Of a DNA stretch of 64,000 nucleotides, positions 30,934-41,990 are shown in pieces. Each line of letters opens with the position of its first letter. The first letter of the stretch is position 1. The stretch is from a bacterium. Its GTDB lineage: Bacteria; Krumholzibacteriota; Krumholzibacteriia; LZORAL124-64-63. The DNA lies in NCBI GenBank assembly GCA_031441465.1, contig JANOEP010000011.1, forward strand, positions 32,001 to 96,000, read 5' to 3'. The notes below the pieces were generated by a model, which made no database searches, was not told the DNA's origin, and saw nothing but the letters and a program-made list of their open reading frames with translations. Made by a program: the position numbers and the translations under genes.

Positions 30934-31794
30934 GAAAACCTTTTCATGGAAGATGGGGCCATGCCCGAAGTACCCGTCCTCGCCGAACAGCTCCCCGTGG
31001 TCGGACATCACCATGAAGTAGGTGTTGCGCGGGCAACGCTGCATGAACTCGCCCACGACCCGGTCGAGGTGCTCCACGCAGACGACCTGCTTGTCGTAGA
31101 AGGCGCGGAACTGCGCCGGCGTGAAGAACTCGTCCTCTTTCTTGTCCTGCATGAATTCCGAGGGGTTCTTCAGGAAGTCGTCGAGGTGCTTGAAGACGCC
31201 GTGGACGCCGGAGATGTGCGGCAGGTCGCCGGGCTTCTCGCCGGGCAGCAGGTAGGGGTAGTGCGTCTCGCCGGTGTTGAGGAAGAAGAACGAGGGCCGG
31301 TCGTCGCGGAACTGCAGCTGCTGGAAGATCAGGCTCAGGTCGTTGTGGCTGGGGGCCAGCTCGTACTTGTCGAAGTGCTGGCTCATGCTGGTCATCGGGT
31401 TGAGGACCGGCAGGCTGACCCAGCCCTCGTTCCAGTAGCCGGCCGCCTTCAGGAAGTGCGGCAGTGAGAGCTGGGGCACGAACTTCCCGAATTCCACGTC
31501 GGGCATGTTCAGTCGGTGGCTCCACAGGGCGAACTCCTCGCGGTAGACGTTGCTGGCGAAGACCCCCTTGGGGCTCAGGTGGGGCACCATGCCCATCAGG
31601 AAGGTGTAGTGGCTGGGGCTGGTCCAGCTGGCGTAGCTGTAGCGCGGCTCGGCCGACGCGATGCGGTCGAGGTTGGGCGTGCGGGCCGCCTGGTAGGCGT
31701 CCCAGCGGCAGCTGTCGAAGACGATGAACACCAGGTTGTTGAGCTTGCCGCCGCCGGCGATGAGGCTCTTGACCCTGTCGATGAGGCCGGCCAT
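30901..31794 (-). CDS. Sulfatase-like hydrolase (alkaline phosphatase superfamily)
   Basis: FIVFDSCRWD, WTSPSH (no C/S-x-P-x-R signature), THYPY, SDHGELFGEDGYFGH. Confidence 0.8.
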   Translation of the reverse strand: MAGLIDRVKSLIAGGGKLNNLVFIVFDSCRWDAYQAARTPNLDRIASAEPRYSYASWTSPSHYTFLMGMVPHLSPKGVFASNVYREEFALWSHRLNMPDVEFGKFVPQLSLPHFLKAAGYWNEGWVSLPVLNPMTSMSQHFDKYELAPSHNDLSLIFQQLQFRDDRPSFFFLNTGETHYPYLLPGEKPGDLPHISGVHGVFKHLDDFLKNPSEFMQDKKEDEFFTPAQFRAFYDKQVVCVEHLDRVVGEFMQRCPRNTYFMVMSDHGELFGEDGYFGHGPIFHEKVFEVFYLEGRLP

Positions 31795-31914
31795 GCGCGC
31801 TTCCTCCCGGTCGCAGAGGGGGGGATCCCGTCGCGCACATGATCAGCGTTCCCGACAGCGCGGTCAAGGCCGTCGCCCCGACCGCGATCTGCGCTCTCCT
31901 GCCGGAACCTCAGC

Positions 31915-32238
31915 TCACAGAGCCGCGTCGAGAGCCTGGGCCAGTTCGGCTTTGGGCCGCATCCCCACCAGGGAGGCCACGGGTTTGCCGCCCTTGAAGA
32001 CCATCACCGTCGGGATGCCGCGGATGCCGTACTTCGTCGCCAGGTCCTGGTTGTCGTCCACGTTGATCTTCACGACCTTCGCCTTGCCGTCGTAGTCGCG
32101 GGCCAGTTCCTCGATGGTCGGGGTCAGCAGTTTGCAGGGGCCGCACCACGGGGCCCAGAAGTCCACCATCACGGGCAGGGCGCTGTCGAGCACTTCGCCT
32201 TGGAACGTCCCGCTCTCGACCTTGATCGCTTCGCTCAC
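31915..32238 (-). CDS. trxA: Thioredoxin
   Basis: DFWAPWCGPC, IRGIPT. Confidence 0.95.
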   Translation of the reverse strand: MSEAIKVESGTFQGEVLDSALPVMVDFWAPWCGPCKLLTPTIEELARDYDGKAKVVKINVDDNQDLATKYGIRGIPTVMVFKGGKPVASLVGMRPKAELAQALDAAL

Positions 32239-32292
32239 GTCGTCACCTCGTTGCCGGTGGTTGATTCCGTTCAGAGAACATCAGCAATGAAA

Positions 32293-32438
32293 GGCACGAT
32301 ACGTGCCAATGCCGACAGCTTGTTGAATGTTTACAAGCCATAATCAACAAACAGGTTAGCCTGGATAGCGGCACAATGTGTAGGCGTTGCTACGTTGCAT
32401 GCAACGGTATTGATGCAACAATACCGTTGCGTGCAACG
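32293..32438 (-). promoter_or_regulatory. Sigma54 promoter and upstream activator sites for trxA
   Basis: TGGCACGTATCGTGC on minus strand (32294-32308), AT-rich spacer, 20-bp inverted repeat 32393-32438 built from GTTGC/GCAAC units. Confidence 0.7.
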
Positions 32439-32474
32439 CTGCTGGGGGGCATCTTGGAAGGCAGGGGAGGAACC

Positions 32475-33839
32475 ATGGACAGACTCGACGCCCTGTGCCG
32501 ATTCCGACCGTTGAGCGTGGCCGACATCCTCGACGCCTTGGCCGAAGGGGTCGTCGCCGTCGACGAGAACCTGCGTGTGCTGGGCATGAACGCCAGGGCT
32601 CGGGCCTTGTTCGAGACGCCGGCGGACGGGCTCGGCGGCGCCTCGGTGTGTGAGCTGTTCGGAGAGGGAACCTGCCCGCTGGCGTGCCTGCGGGAAACGT
32701 TGACCACCGGCCGGCCCATCCGCGACTACCAGACACGGGTGAGGCTGGCGGGCGGCCGTCTCGGCGAGGTGCAGATCAGCACGATCCCGCTGGCGAGCGA
32801 GTCGGGCGTGGTGCACGGCGCGGCGATCATCATCAGCGACGTGACCGAGGTGACGATCCTGCGCAAGGAGGTCGACGCCCGGCACCGCCACGGCGCCATC
32901 ATCGGTCGCGACCGGCGCATGCTCGACCTGTACCGGCTGATCGAGGATGTCGGGCCGAGCCAGGCCACGGTCCTGATCCGCGGCGAGAGCGGCACCGGCA
33001 AGGAACTGGTGGCGCAGGCCGTCCACTACGCGTCCCATCGCGCCGACGGCCCGTTCGTGATGGTCAACTGCGCCGCTCTTTCCGAGGGGCTGCTCGAGAG
33101 CGAGTTGTTCGGCCACGTGCGCGGCGCCTTCACGGGTGCGATCGCGACGCGGCGGGGCCGCTTCGAGGAGGCGCGCGGCGGCACGCTGTTCCTGGACGAG
33201 ATCGGCGACGTCAGCCCGGTGGTGCAGGTCAAACTGCTGCGCGTGCTCCAGGAGCGCGTCATCGAGCGCGTCGGCGACAACACGCCCGTGCCGGTGGACG
33301 TGCGCATTGTCTCGGCCACGAACCGGGATCTGGAAGACCTGGTCGCGCGCGGGCGGTTGCGCGAGGACTTCTATTACCGCATCAAGGTCGTGGTCCTGGA
33401 CATCCCGCCCCTGCGCGAGCGCCGCGAGGACATCCCGCTGCTGGTCGATCACTTCCTGGCACGCAACCCGCAGGCCTCGCGCGGCGTCTCTACCGAAGCG
33501 CTGCGGGTGCTGATGGCCCATGCCTGGCCCGGGAACGTCCGCGAGCTGGAGAACTCGCTCGAACACGCCTTCGTCCTGTGCCGCGGCGGGATCATCGAAC
33601 CCGCGCACCTGCCGCCGGAAGTGGCGGCGGGAGCGGCGGGCGGGCGCGTCCAGGCCGGGCTGCGCGGCCTGCCCCGCCACGGCGACACCGAGCGCGACGC
33701 GGTGCTGGCGGCGCTGGTGCGCCACGGCTGGCACCGCGTCCGCACCGCCCGCAGCCTGGGGGTTGACAGGACCACGCTGTGGCGCAAGATCCGCGAGTAC
33801 GGCCTGACGCCGCCGGATGCCGGCGCCGTCGGAAACTGA
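32475..33839 (+). CDS. PAS-domain sigma54-dependent transcriptional activator (bEBP, Fis HTH)
   Basis: [36 protein letters not shown]-terminal HTH. Confidence 0.93.
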   Translation: MDRLDALCRFRPLSVADILDALAEGVVAVDENLRVLGMNARARALFETPADGLGGASVCELFGEGTCPLACLRETLTTGRPIRDYQTRVRLAGGRLGEVQISTIPLASESGVVHGAAIIISDVTEVTILRKEVDARHRHGAIIGRDRRMLDLYRLIEDVGPSQATVLIRGESGTGKELVAQAVHYASHRADGPFVMVNCAALSEGLLESELFGHVRGAFTGAIATRRGRFEEARGGTLFLDEIGDVSPVVQVKLLRVLQERVIERVGDNTPVPVDVRIVSATNRDLEDLVARGRLREDFYYRIKVVVLDIPPLRERREDIPLLVDHFLARNPQASRGVSTEALRVLMAHAWPGNVRELENSLEHAFVLCRGGIIEPAHLPPEVAAGAAGGRVQAGLRGLPRHGDTERDAVLAALVRHGWHRVRTARSLGVDRTTLWRKIREYGLTPPDAGAVGN

Positions 33840-33853
33840 TCCGAGGGGGGAAC

Positions 33854-34726
33854 ATGGCGGGCAAGAACAACTGGCTGCTGGGCTGCGGGATCGGCTGCCT
33901 CGCGGTGATCGTGATCTCGGTCCTGGGCGGCGTCCTGCTGTTCAACACCGGCAAGAAGGTCGTGGCGCGCTTCGAGGAGCTGGGCGACACCCAGCGCGCG
34001 CTCGCCGACCGCTTCGGCGCAGTCGCGGATTACGTCCCGCCCGCCGCCGGCGCCCTGCCGGCCGAGCGGGTCGAGATCTTCCTGCGCGTCCAGGAGACGC
34101 TCCACGAGACGGGCCAACAACTCGTCGGCCACGGCCGAGCCCTCCAAGAACTCGAACACCAGAAGGGCAAGGGCATCGGCCCGGCCAGCATCCTGCGCGG
34201 GATCCGCGGCGTGGTGGGCATCGGCCGCTACGCCGCCGAGTACCTGCAGGAGCGCAACGAGGCTCTGTTGGCGGCGGGGATGGGCCTGGGCGAGTATTCC
34301 TACCTGTATGTCCTGGGTTACCACAGTTGGCTCGGCCGCGAGTTCGATCCCACGTTCGGCGAACCCTCCACGCGGGTCGATGCCGACCACGGGGCGCGGA
34401 TCGAGATCGGCGACCGTGACGACGAGCGCCGTTCCGAGCGCCTGCAGGGTTTGTTCCGCAACTGGTCGACGAACCAGCACCAGGCCGCGGTCGCGGCCGG
34501 CCTCGACGCTGCATGGTGCGAGCGCCTGGCCGCCGAGGCCCTCGCCGCGGCGTCGGCCGACAGCCTGCGCCTGCCCTGGACCGGCGGCTTGCCGGCGCCC
34601 ATCACGTCCAGCCTCGACCCGTTCCGGTCGCGCTTCGAAGCGACGTACCAGCCCCTGGATCCCCTGGTGGGGGTGGGGGTCGAGCAGGATCATGACGGGC
34701 AGGGGTACGACTTCAAGATTGAGTGA
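33854..34726 (+). CDS. Hypothetical membrane-anchored protein
   Basis: N-terminal GCGIGC plus TM helix; G-rich RBS. Confidence 0.7.
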   Translation: MAGKNNWLLGCGIGCLAVIVISVLGGVLLFNTGKKVVARFEELGDTQRALADRFGAVADYVPPAAGALPAERVEIFLRVQETLHETGQQLVGHGRALQELEHQKGKGIGPASILRGIRGVVGIGRYAAEYLQERNEALLAAGMGLGEYSYLYVLGYHSWLGREFDPTFGEPSTRVDADHGARIEIGDRDDERRSERLQGLFRNWSTNQHQAAVAAGLDAAWCERLAAEALAAASADSLRLPWTGGLPAPITSSLDPFRSRFEATYQPLDPLVGVGVEQDHDGQGYDFKIE

Positions 34727-34757
34727 GCCGACGATCGTCGACGGCCGATCCAGCAGG

Positions 34758-34786
34758 GCGCCCTCTCCCTTTCGGGAAGAGGGCGC
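34758..34786. terminator. Hairpin between convergent genes
   Basis: GCGCCCTCT...AGAGGGCGC stem; no clear U tract. Confidence 0.45.
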
Positions 34787-34810
34787 TTGCATGTTCAGCC
34801 CTCGCGTTCA

Positions 34811-34984
34811 TCACTCCCGCTCGTCCGGGGGCGGCGGCGCACGTCCGGTCCGCTTGCGCACCGCCTCGCGCAGCAGGTACTCGATCTGGCCGTTCACGCT
34901 GCGGAATTCCTGGTCGGCCCAACGCCGCAGCTCTTCGTAGAGTTCGGGACTCAGGCGCAGCGGGAAGGACTTGCGATCGGCCAC
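34811..34984 (-). CDS. Arc/ribbon-helix-helix DNA-binding protein (57 aa; not in ORF track)
   Basis: [45 protein letters not shown]...; GTG start. Confidence 0.85.
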   Translation of the reverse strand: MADRKSFPLRLSPELYEELRRWADQEFRSVNGQIEYLLREAVRKRTGRAPPPPDERE

Positions 34985-34988
34985 GAGG

Positions 34989-35447
34989 TCACGCTCCGCT
35001 TCGCTGCGGGAGGTGTGCGCGCGCCTTCTCGACGGCCTTCAGCAGTTCGTCGGGGTCCGGCGCGCTGATGATGACCGGCAGACCGGAATCCAGCGTTACC
35101 ACGACGCCCCGACGGCCGCTCATCCGGAATTCACCCCTCTGGGGGTGCACTCCGGCCTCCAGATTCGCCAACCACCGGCCCTGGAACGTCGCGCAGCTGC
35201 GGATTCGCGAGATCGGGATCCGGCGCCCGGGGAAGCCGAACAGACAGCGGATCTTCAACTCCTCGTAGGTCACGGTGACGGTCATCACGCCGAAGATCAC
35301 CGGCGTGGCGAGCATGACCGTGTAGACCCACCAGGGGGCGCCTTCCCCGGGATCGCCCAGGCTGAGGACCCCGATGAAGACGAGCATGACGATGCAGATG
35401 CCCAGCATGACCCAGCTGATCTGCCGCGACTGGTAGAGGGGTGTCAC
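34989..35447 (-). CDS. Hypothetical membrane protein
   Basis: Two TM helices then a beta-rich domain; AGGAGG RBS. Confidence 0.65.
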   Translation of the reverse strand: MTPLYQSRQISWVMLGICIVMLVFIGVLSLGDPGEGAPWWVYTVMLATPVIFGVMTVTVTYEELKIRCLFGFPGRRIPISRIRSCATFQGRWLANLEAGVHPQRGEFRMSGRRGVVVTLDSGLPVIISAPDPDELLKAVEKARAHLPQRSGA

Positions 35448-35456
35448 CGCCGCCTC

Positions 35457-36323
35457 CTACTGGTAGAGGGTCCCGGTGTTGATCACGGGCTGGGTCGCGT
35501 GGTTGCTGCACAGCACGACCAGGAGGTTCGAGACCATGGCCGCCTTGCGCTCATCGTCCAGCTCGATGATGGATTTCGAGCTGAGTTCCTGCAGGGCGCG
35601 CTCGACCATGCCGACGGCGCCCTCGACGATCAACTGGCGCGCCGCGACTACGGCGCTGGCCTGCTGGCGCTGCAGCATGGCGCCGGCGATCTCGGAGGCG
35701 TACGCCAGGTGGCTCAGCCGCGCTTCGATGACCTCGACGCCGGCCCGGGACAGACGCTCGTGCAGTTCCTTTTCGAGTCGGTGGTTGATCTCCTCGGTGG
35801 TGCCGCGCAGGGTCAGTTCGTTCTCGCCGCCGTCGTAGGGGAAGGCGCTCGCGAGGTGGCGCAGCGCGGCCTCGCTCTGCGTGTGGATGTAGTCCTCGTA
35901 GTGGTCGACCTCGAACAGGGCGCCGGTCGTGTCGACCACGCGCCAGACGACCACCGCGGCGATCTCGATCGGGTTGCCCGTGAGGTCGTTGACCTTGATC
36001 CTCTCGCCGTTGAGGTTGCGCGCCCGCAGCGAGATCTTGATCTTCGTGTAGAAGGGGTTGGCCCAGCAGAAACCGTTCTGCTTCACCGTGCCGCGGTAGT
36101 CGCCGAACAGCAGGACCACGGCCGCCTCGTTCGGATTCACCACGAACAGCCCCGCCAGCAGGAAGATGCTCACGACCATGGCCGAGAGCGCCGTGATCAG
36201 CATCCAGATCACATGGCTGGTGATCGCGTTGACGAACAGCCAGATCGACCCGCCCAGCAAGAGCAGCAGGAAGGGCAGGAAGAACAGGCCCGAAGCGACC
36301 TTCAGCGTCTTCTCGGTGTGCAT
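35457..36323 (-). CDS. SPFH/band-7 domain protein
   Basis: [47 protein letters not shown]. Confidence 0.9.
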   Translation of the reverse strand: MHTEKTLKVASGLFFLPFLLLLLGGSIWLFVNAITSHVIWMLITALSAMVVSIFLLAGLFVVNPNEAAVVLLFGDYRGTVKQNGFCWANPFYTKIKISLRARNLNGERIKVNDLTGNPIEIAAVVVWRVVDTTGALFEVDHYEDYIHTQSEAALRHLASAFPYDGGENELTLRGTTEEINHRLEKELHERLSRAGVEVIEARLSHLAYASEIAGAMLQRQQASAVVAARQLIVEGAVGMVERALQELSSKSIIELDDERKAAMVSNLLVVLCSNHATQPVINTGTLYQ

Positions 36324-36368
36324 CGGTGGCATCCTCCGCGTTGGGGCCCCGGCGGGGCCTCGGTTGAG

Positions 36369-36407
36369 TGATGTAGAAATGATATCATAAAGAGATCATA
36401 CGCGCAA
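36369..36407 (-). promoter_or_regulatory. Sigma70 promoter overlapped by TGATATCA-type operator boxes
   Basis: TTGCGC-N17-TATCAT on minus strand; palindrome ATGATATCAT 36379-36388. Confidence 0.65.
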
Positions 36408-36477
36408 ACCGATTCCATGTTGCACCATCAAACGCCGGCCAGGTCGCAACCCCCGCCCCGAGTCAGGTACCGGTGTC

Positions 36478-36618
36478 CCGGATCTGCACATCCTGCGGTA
36501 TCGGGGGCGTCTGAAGGCCTCCGGCGCCAGGAGGGCGCCGGAGGCCGGAAGTCGAGCGGGCCGGGCACAGGATGTTCCCGGCCCGCGTCCCCCGCTACGG
36601 CAGGATGTGCAGATCTGG
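36478..36618 (-). repeat. Cruciform extragenic palindromic element, copy 2
   Basis: 16-bp perfect arms (36481-36496/36600-36615); core 36503-36593 aligns with 15340-15430 in reverse orientation. Confidence 0.85.
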
Positions 36619-36623
36619 AACTC

Positions 36624-37898
<1,275 letters not shown>

Positions 37899-37999
37899 GC
37901 AGGGGTCTCCTTAGTGGGCGTCGTCCGGGTGGCGGGGGGGGGACCGGGATCGGTGCCAGGAGACAAAGTAGGCCCCTTGTGGGGGGCGGGCAAGTTCCT

Positions 38000-39325
38000 T
38001 CAGAGAGCGATGATTTCTTGGATATCCGCCTGATCGCCTCCGAATACGATGCCGATCTCCCTCAGCAGGGGGAACGGCGGATCGCCGCCGGCGAAGATGA
38101 AGACGAAATCGTTCGGCAGGATGGCGGGACCGGTCGTCGTGGTCAGCGCCACGGTGTCGGCCTGGATCGCGGTCAGCTGCGAGTCGCCCAGGAAGCGCAC
38201 GGCTCCGGAGGCGATCAGGGCCTCGACCTTGTCCGCGTTGCGTTTCTTGATGCGCAGCAGACGGGGCTTGCGGTAGGAAAGCGTCACTTCGATGTCCGGC
38301 TGGCTGGCCAGGGCGACCGCGGCTTCGACGGCGCTGTCGCCCCCGCCGACGACCAGCACCCGGTTACCCCGGTACAGCGAGGCGTCGATGAGGCGGTAGG
38401 CCACCTTCGCGGCGTCTTCGCCGGCGATGCCGAGCTTGCGCGGCGTGCCACGGCGGCCCAGGGCGAGCACCACGTTCCGGGCGCGATGGTCGCCGGCCGT
38501 CGTGTGGACTTTCAGGTCGCCGTGGCTGCCCGTGATGCTCAGCAGGCGCTCGTCGGTGTGGATCTTCAGGTCGTGCTCCGTGTGCAGGCGCAGCCAGATA
38601 TCCAGCAGGTCCTCCTTGCTGTACTCCTTCTGCAGCAACGGGCCGTACAGGGGGATCACGACCGGCTGGACCAGCACCAGCTTGCGACGGGGGTATTGCA
38701 GGATGGTGCCGCCCGGTCCCTGTTGGTCCAGCACCAGGCAGCGCAGGCCGTGCTGGCGCGCCGTCAGCGCCGCGCTCAGGCCGCCGGGTCCCGCGCCCAC
38801 GACGATCGCGTCCCAGCACGCGTCGCCGGCAGGGAAGGGGCCGCGGGCGACGATCGCCTCCATGGCGCGGCGTCCCTGGTCCACGGCGTTGCTCACCAGA
38901 GCGAACCCGCCCAACTCGCCGGCGACGAAGATCCCCGGCCGGCTGGTCTCGAGTTCCGGGCTGAGCACGGGGATGTCGTCGCGGGTCGTGATGTCTCCCA
39001 GACCGACCTTCAGCGCGCCGACGGGGCAGGCTTCGGCGCAGCGGCCGTGGCCGATGCACCGGGCGCCGTTGGTGATCACGGCCTTGCCGCCGACGATGCC
39101 GAGCACGTCGCCTTCCGGGCAGGCCGCCACGCAGGAGCCGCAGCCGATGCAGGCGTTGGCGTCGATGAGCGGGTACTGGCCGACGGGCCGGTTCATGCCG
39201 AGCGCCACGGTCTCGTCCCGCCGGGCGGCGTCCCGGATCCGGGTGGCGCGGAAGCGCAGGAAGTAGGGAACGAACAGGCCGGCGCCCAGCAGGAGGGCAC
39301 AGCCCCAGATCAGCAACGATTCCAT
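38000..39325 (-). CDS. Membrane-anchored 4Fe-4S ferredoxin / FAD-NAD(P) oxidoreductase (TrxR-fold)
   Basis: N-terminal TM helix, CIGCGSCVAACP, CIGHGRCAEACP, GAGPGG, GGGDSA. Confidence 0.88.
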   Translation of the reverse strand: MESLLIWGCALLLGAGLFVPYFLRFRATRIRDAARRDETVALGMNRPVGQYPLIDANACIGCGSCVAACPEGDVLGIVGGKAVITNGARCIGHGRCAEACPVGALKVGLGDITTRDDIPVLSPELETSRPGIFVAGELGGFALVSNAVDQGRRAMEAIVARGPFPAGDACWDAIVVGAGPGGLSAALTARQHGLRCLVLDQQGPGGTILQYPRRKLVLVQPVVIPLYGPLLQKEYSKEDLLDIWLRLHTEHDLKIHTDERLLSITGSHGDLKVHTTAGDHRARNVVLALGRRGTPRKLGIAGEDAAKVAYRLIDASLYRGNRVLVVGGGDSAVEAAVALASQPDIEVTLSYRKPRLLRIKKRNADKVEALIASGAVRFLGDSQLTAIQADTVALTTTTGPAILPNDFVFIFAGGDPPFPLLREIGIVFGGDQADIQEIIAL

Positions 39326-39342
39326 GTCCCCCCCATGCCGAT

Positions 39343-40965
39343 TCAGAAACGCAGCGAGAGATCGGCGCGCAGACGGTCGGCCTGGAGATCGTCGCCGCCG
39401 TCCCGCTCGTACTCCAGGCCCGCCAGCCAGGCCCGATTCAGGACCTTCCGCGCGCCGATCCTGGCCCAGTGCGAGTTGCGCGTCGCGGCGCCGGTGAGGT
39501 CGTAGTTGTAGAGCCCGGCCGCAAACTGCAGGTCCAGCCCGTCGCGCAGAGCATGATCCAGCCGCAGGGAAGGTGTCAATCCGGACACCCGCGGGCCGTC
39601 GAAGCCCCGCAGGTCCAGGGTCAGGTGGTTGCCGGCTCCCAGGATGCCGGCGCGTCCTACGCCGAAGCCCCAGCTCCAGGTGTCGCCGTCGCGGCCGGCG
39701 CCGCCGCGCACGCCGCCGTCGGCGCTCAACGACCAACCGGCGCCTCCGGTCCAGCGCGTCCGCAGTCGCAGGCCCATCCGCTCGGCGTCGCGGAAGAGGC
39801 TGTCGGGGAGCGAACGGTTCGTCCAAGTGCGGTACAGCTCGCGGCGGTCGTGACTCAGCGAGGCGCTCAGGTTCGGCGTGAATCGCGCGGAGAGGCTGGT
39901 GACCGAGTTGCTCAGGGCGAAGCGACGGCCTTCCGTCGCGTACCGCCAGCCCCGGTTGACTTCCAGTTCGGCGCTCTGGTGCAGGCGGAAGGCGCCCGTG
40001 CGGCCGAGGTCGCCGTCCAGCAGGAGGTACTCGCGGCTGGCTTCGCTGCCGTGGTACTCCCCGACCGCGGCCAGGACGAGATTCCAGGACCGGTCGGCGC
40101 CGTCGTCGTCGGTCCAGGCCAGGAAACCGCCACCCTTGCGCTCGTCGCTGCTCGGCTCGCTGGTGCGCGGGTCGGGCGTGAAGCCCGCGAAGGCGCCGAC
40201 CCGCGTGCCGGCGGCCAGGCGCCGGCTGGCCAGGACCCCGTCGAGCTGGCCGAAACCGCTGACGGCCCGGCTGGTGATCCTGCCCAGGCTGTAGTGCCAG
40301 TCGTCGGCTGGAAGCTCGTGCGAAAGGGTGAAGAGGTAGACGCGGTTGCGCCACTCGTTCTCGGCGGCGGACGAGTAGCCGGCGGCGCGGCGGTTCTGGC
40401 GCAGGGTGCCCCGCACCTGCAGTTCGTGGCCGCCGGCGAACGGTTCGCGAGACCGCAGGTCGAAGCGCAGCGCCGGCTGGGTCAAGTCGAGGTCGGCCTC
40501 GCTGCGGTCGTTGCTGTGCAGCCACTGCAGGGCGAGTCGGCCGCGCAGGAAGAAAGGCTGCCGCGGCGCCGTCGCCGCCGGTCGCGGCACGGGCGCGATC
40601 GACCCGGCGCCGGCGGCGGGCTCCGTGACGGCCTCGGTGTCGGCCGGCGCGGGCGCGGGGCCTTGCCGGATCACGGTGGCCGTGTCGCCGGGTTGGACGT
40701 CCGCCGGCGCACCCGTGATCCGGCAAGAGGCCGAATGCTCGGCCAGGTGCTCGAGCGTGATCTCGGTGACGGGCGCGTCGCGGCGCAGGATCTGCAACAC
40801 GTCGCCCGCGCGCAGGCCGTCGGCGCGGCCGGCGTCGAGGTAGACCTGATCGGCGGACACGTAGCTGACCTTGGCGCGCGGCAGGTCGTCCGCCCGCGCC
40901 GCCGGGGACGCGAGACCGAGGATCAAGATCCCGGCCAGCAACCAAGGGTGCTGTCGCTGTGTCAT
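39343..40965 (-). CDS. Putative outer-membrane beta-barrel (porin)
   Basis: Signal peptide, alternating amphipathic strands, C-terminal Phe (ADLSLRF). Confidence 0.75.
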   Translation of the reverse strand: MTQRQHPWLLAGILILGLASPAARADDLPRAKVSYVSADQVYLDAGRADGLRAGDVLQILRRDAPVTEITLEHLAEHSASCRITGAPADVQPGDTATVIRQGPAPAPADTEAVTEPAAGAGSIAPVPRPAATAPRQPFFLRGRLALQWLHSNDRSEADLDLTQPALRFDLRSREPFAGGHELQVRGTLRQNRRAAGYSSAAENEWRNRVYLFTLSHELPADDWHYSLGRITSRAVSGFGQLDGVLASRRLAAGTRVGAFAGFTPDPRTSEPSSDERKGGGFLAWTDDDGADRSWNLVLAAVGEYHGSEASREYLLLDGDLGRTGAFRLHQSAELEVNRGWRYATEGRRFALSNSVTSLSARFTPNLSASLSHDRRELYRTWTNRSLPDSLFRDAERMGLRLRTRWTGGAGWSLSADGGVRGGAGRDGDTWSWGFGVGRAGILGAGNHLTLDLRGFDGPRVSGLTPSLRLDHALRDGLDLQFAAGLYNYDLTGAATRNSHWARIGARKVLNRAWLAGLEYERDGGDDLQADRLRADLSLRF

Positions 40966-41990
40966 CAGTTACCTCGGGGGTGGCACTGGAAGCAGGCGGC
41001 GCTCTGGTAGGCGTAGCCGTTCTCGCCCTGGTGTCGCTGGTCCGTTTCCGTGCGGTTGTGCTCGTGGCAGAAGATGCACTCGAACACGGCATAGTTCGTC
41101 GGCGTCACGTGGCAGTCGACGCAGGCGTTCCACTCGTTGTTGTGCCGGCCCGAGTAGATCGGGAACAGCGTGTCGTGGTTCCAGTTCGACGGCTGCCAGA
41201 CCGAGGTCGTGTGGCAGGAGGCGCACTGGGTGTTGAAGCCGGCGGCGACGTGGCCGGGATCGTTGGCCGCCTCGTAGTCGGGGCGGTGGCAGGCGTAGCA
41301 GTCGGTCGGCGTGCCCGTGTAGCCCGCGGTGTGGCAGGAGGCGCAGGTCGCAGCGGCGTGGGCGCCGGTCAGCGGGAAGGCCGCCGAGTGGATGAAGGAG
41401 CCGGAGCCCCAATCGCTCGCCGTCATCCCGTGGCAGCTGGAGCAGTCCGTGCTGAAGCCGTTGGCCGCGTGGTCGGGATCGCGCGTCGCTTCGTAGTCGG
41501 TGTCGTGGCAACCGAGGCAGTCGGCGGCGATCGCGGTGTGCTCCTCGCCGGGCGATCCCTGGTGGCAGGCGTCGCAGTCCGCGACGGCGTGGGCGCCGAG
41601 CAGGGGGAAGCCGGTGGCGGGGTGGCGGTTGCGGCTCGCGTCGCGGACGTCCCAGCCGGAGGTGTCGTGGCAGTCTTCGCAGTTCGTGCCGAAGCGCCGG
41701 CGGTGCACGTCGAGGTGGCAGTCGGCGCAGGCCGACGCGACCCGGCGGAACTGCAGGTCCTGATGGCACCCGGAGCAGACGGCCTGGGCGTGCCGGCCGG
41801 TCAGGGCGTAGCCGGTCGTCGTGTGGTCGAACGAGGGCGGCGGCCAGGACACGTTCCACGACGAGGCGTCGTGACAGGCCTCGCAGCGCACGTCGATGTC
41901 CCCGTGGGGGCTGAGGTCCGGGGTCTGGGCTGGAGCCCGGACCGCGACGGACAGGAGGAACGACAACGGCAGCAGCCAGCGTCGGGTCAT
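40965..41990 (-). CDS. Multiheme c-type cytochrome (13 CxxCH)
   Basis: Signal peptide MTRRWLL...APA; 13 CxxCH motifs counted by hand; ATGA overlap. Confidence 0.92.
   Translation of the reverse strand: MTRRWLLPLSFLLSVAVRAPAQTPDLSPHGDIDVRCEACHDASSWNVSWPPPSFDHTTTGYALTGRHAQAVCSGCHQDLQFRRVASACADCHLDVHRRRFGTNCEDCHDTSGWDVRDASRNRHPATGFPLLGAHAVADCDACHQGSPGEEHTAIAADCLGCHDTDYEATRDPDHAANGFSTDCSSCHGMTASDWGSGSFIHSAAFPLTGAHAAATCASCHTAGYTGTPTDCYACHRPDYEAANDPGHVAAGFNTQCASCHTTSVWQPSNWNHDTLFPIYSGRHNNEWNACVDCHVTPTNYAVFECIFCHEHNRTETDQRHQGENGYAYQSAACFQCHPRGN

Noticed and set aside
35428..35470. Duplicated CTGGTAGAGGG (LYQ) at the SPFH gene end and the next gene start
   Set aside because: Too short; probably coincidence
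38000..41092. 1030-aa ORF, and the 871-aa ORF 40965-43580, as large fusion proteins
   Set aside because: Only the 3' parts (from 39325 and 41990) have RBS, signal or anchor sequence and motifs
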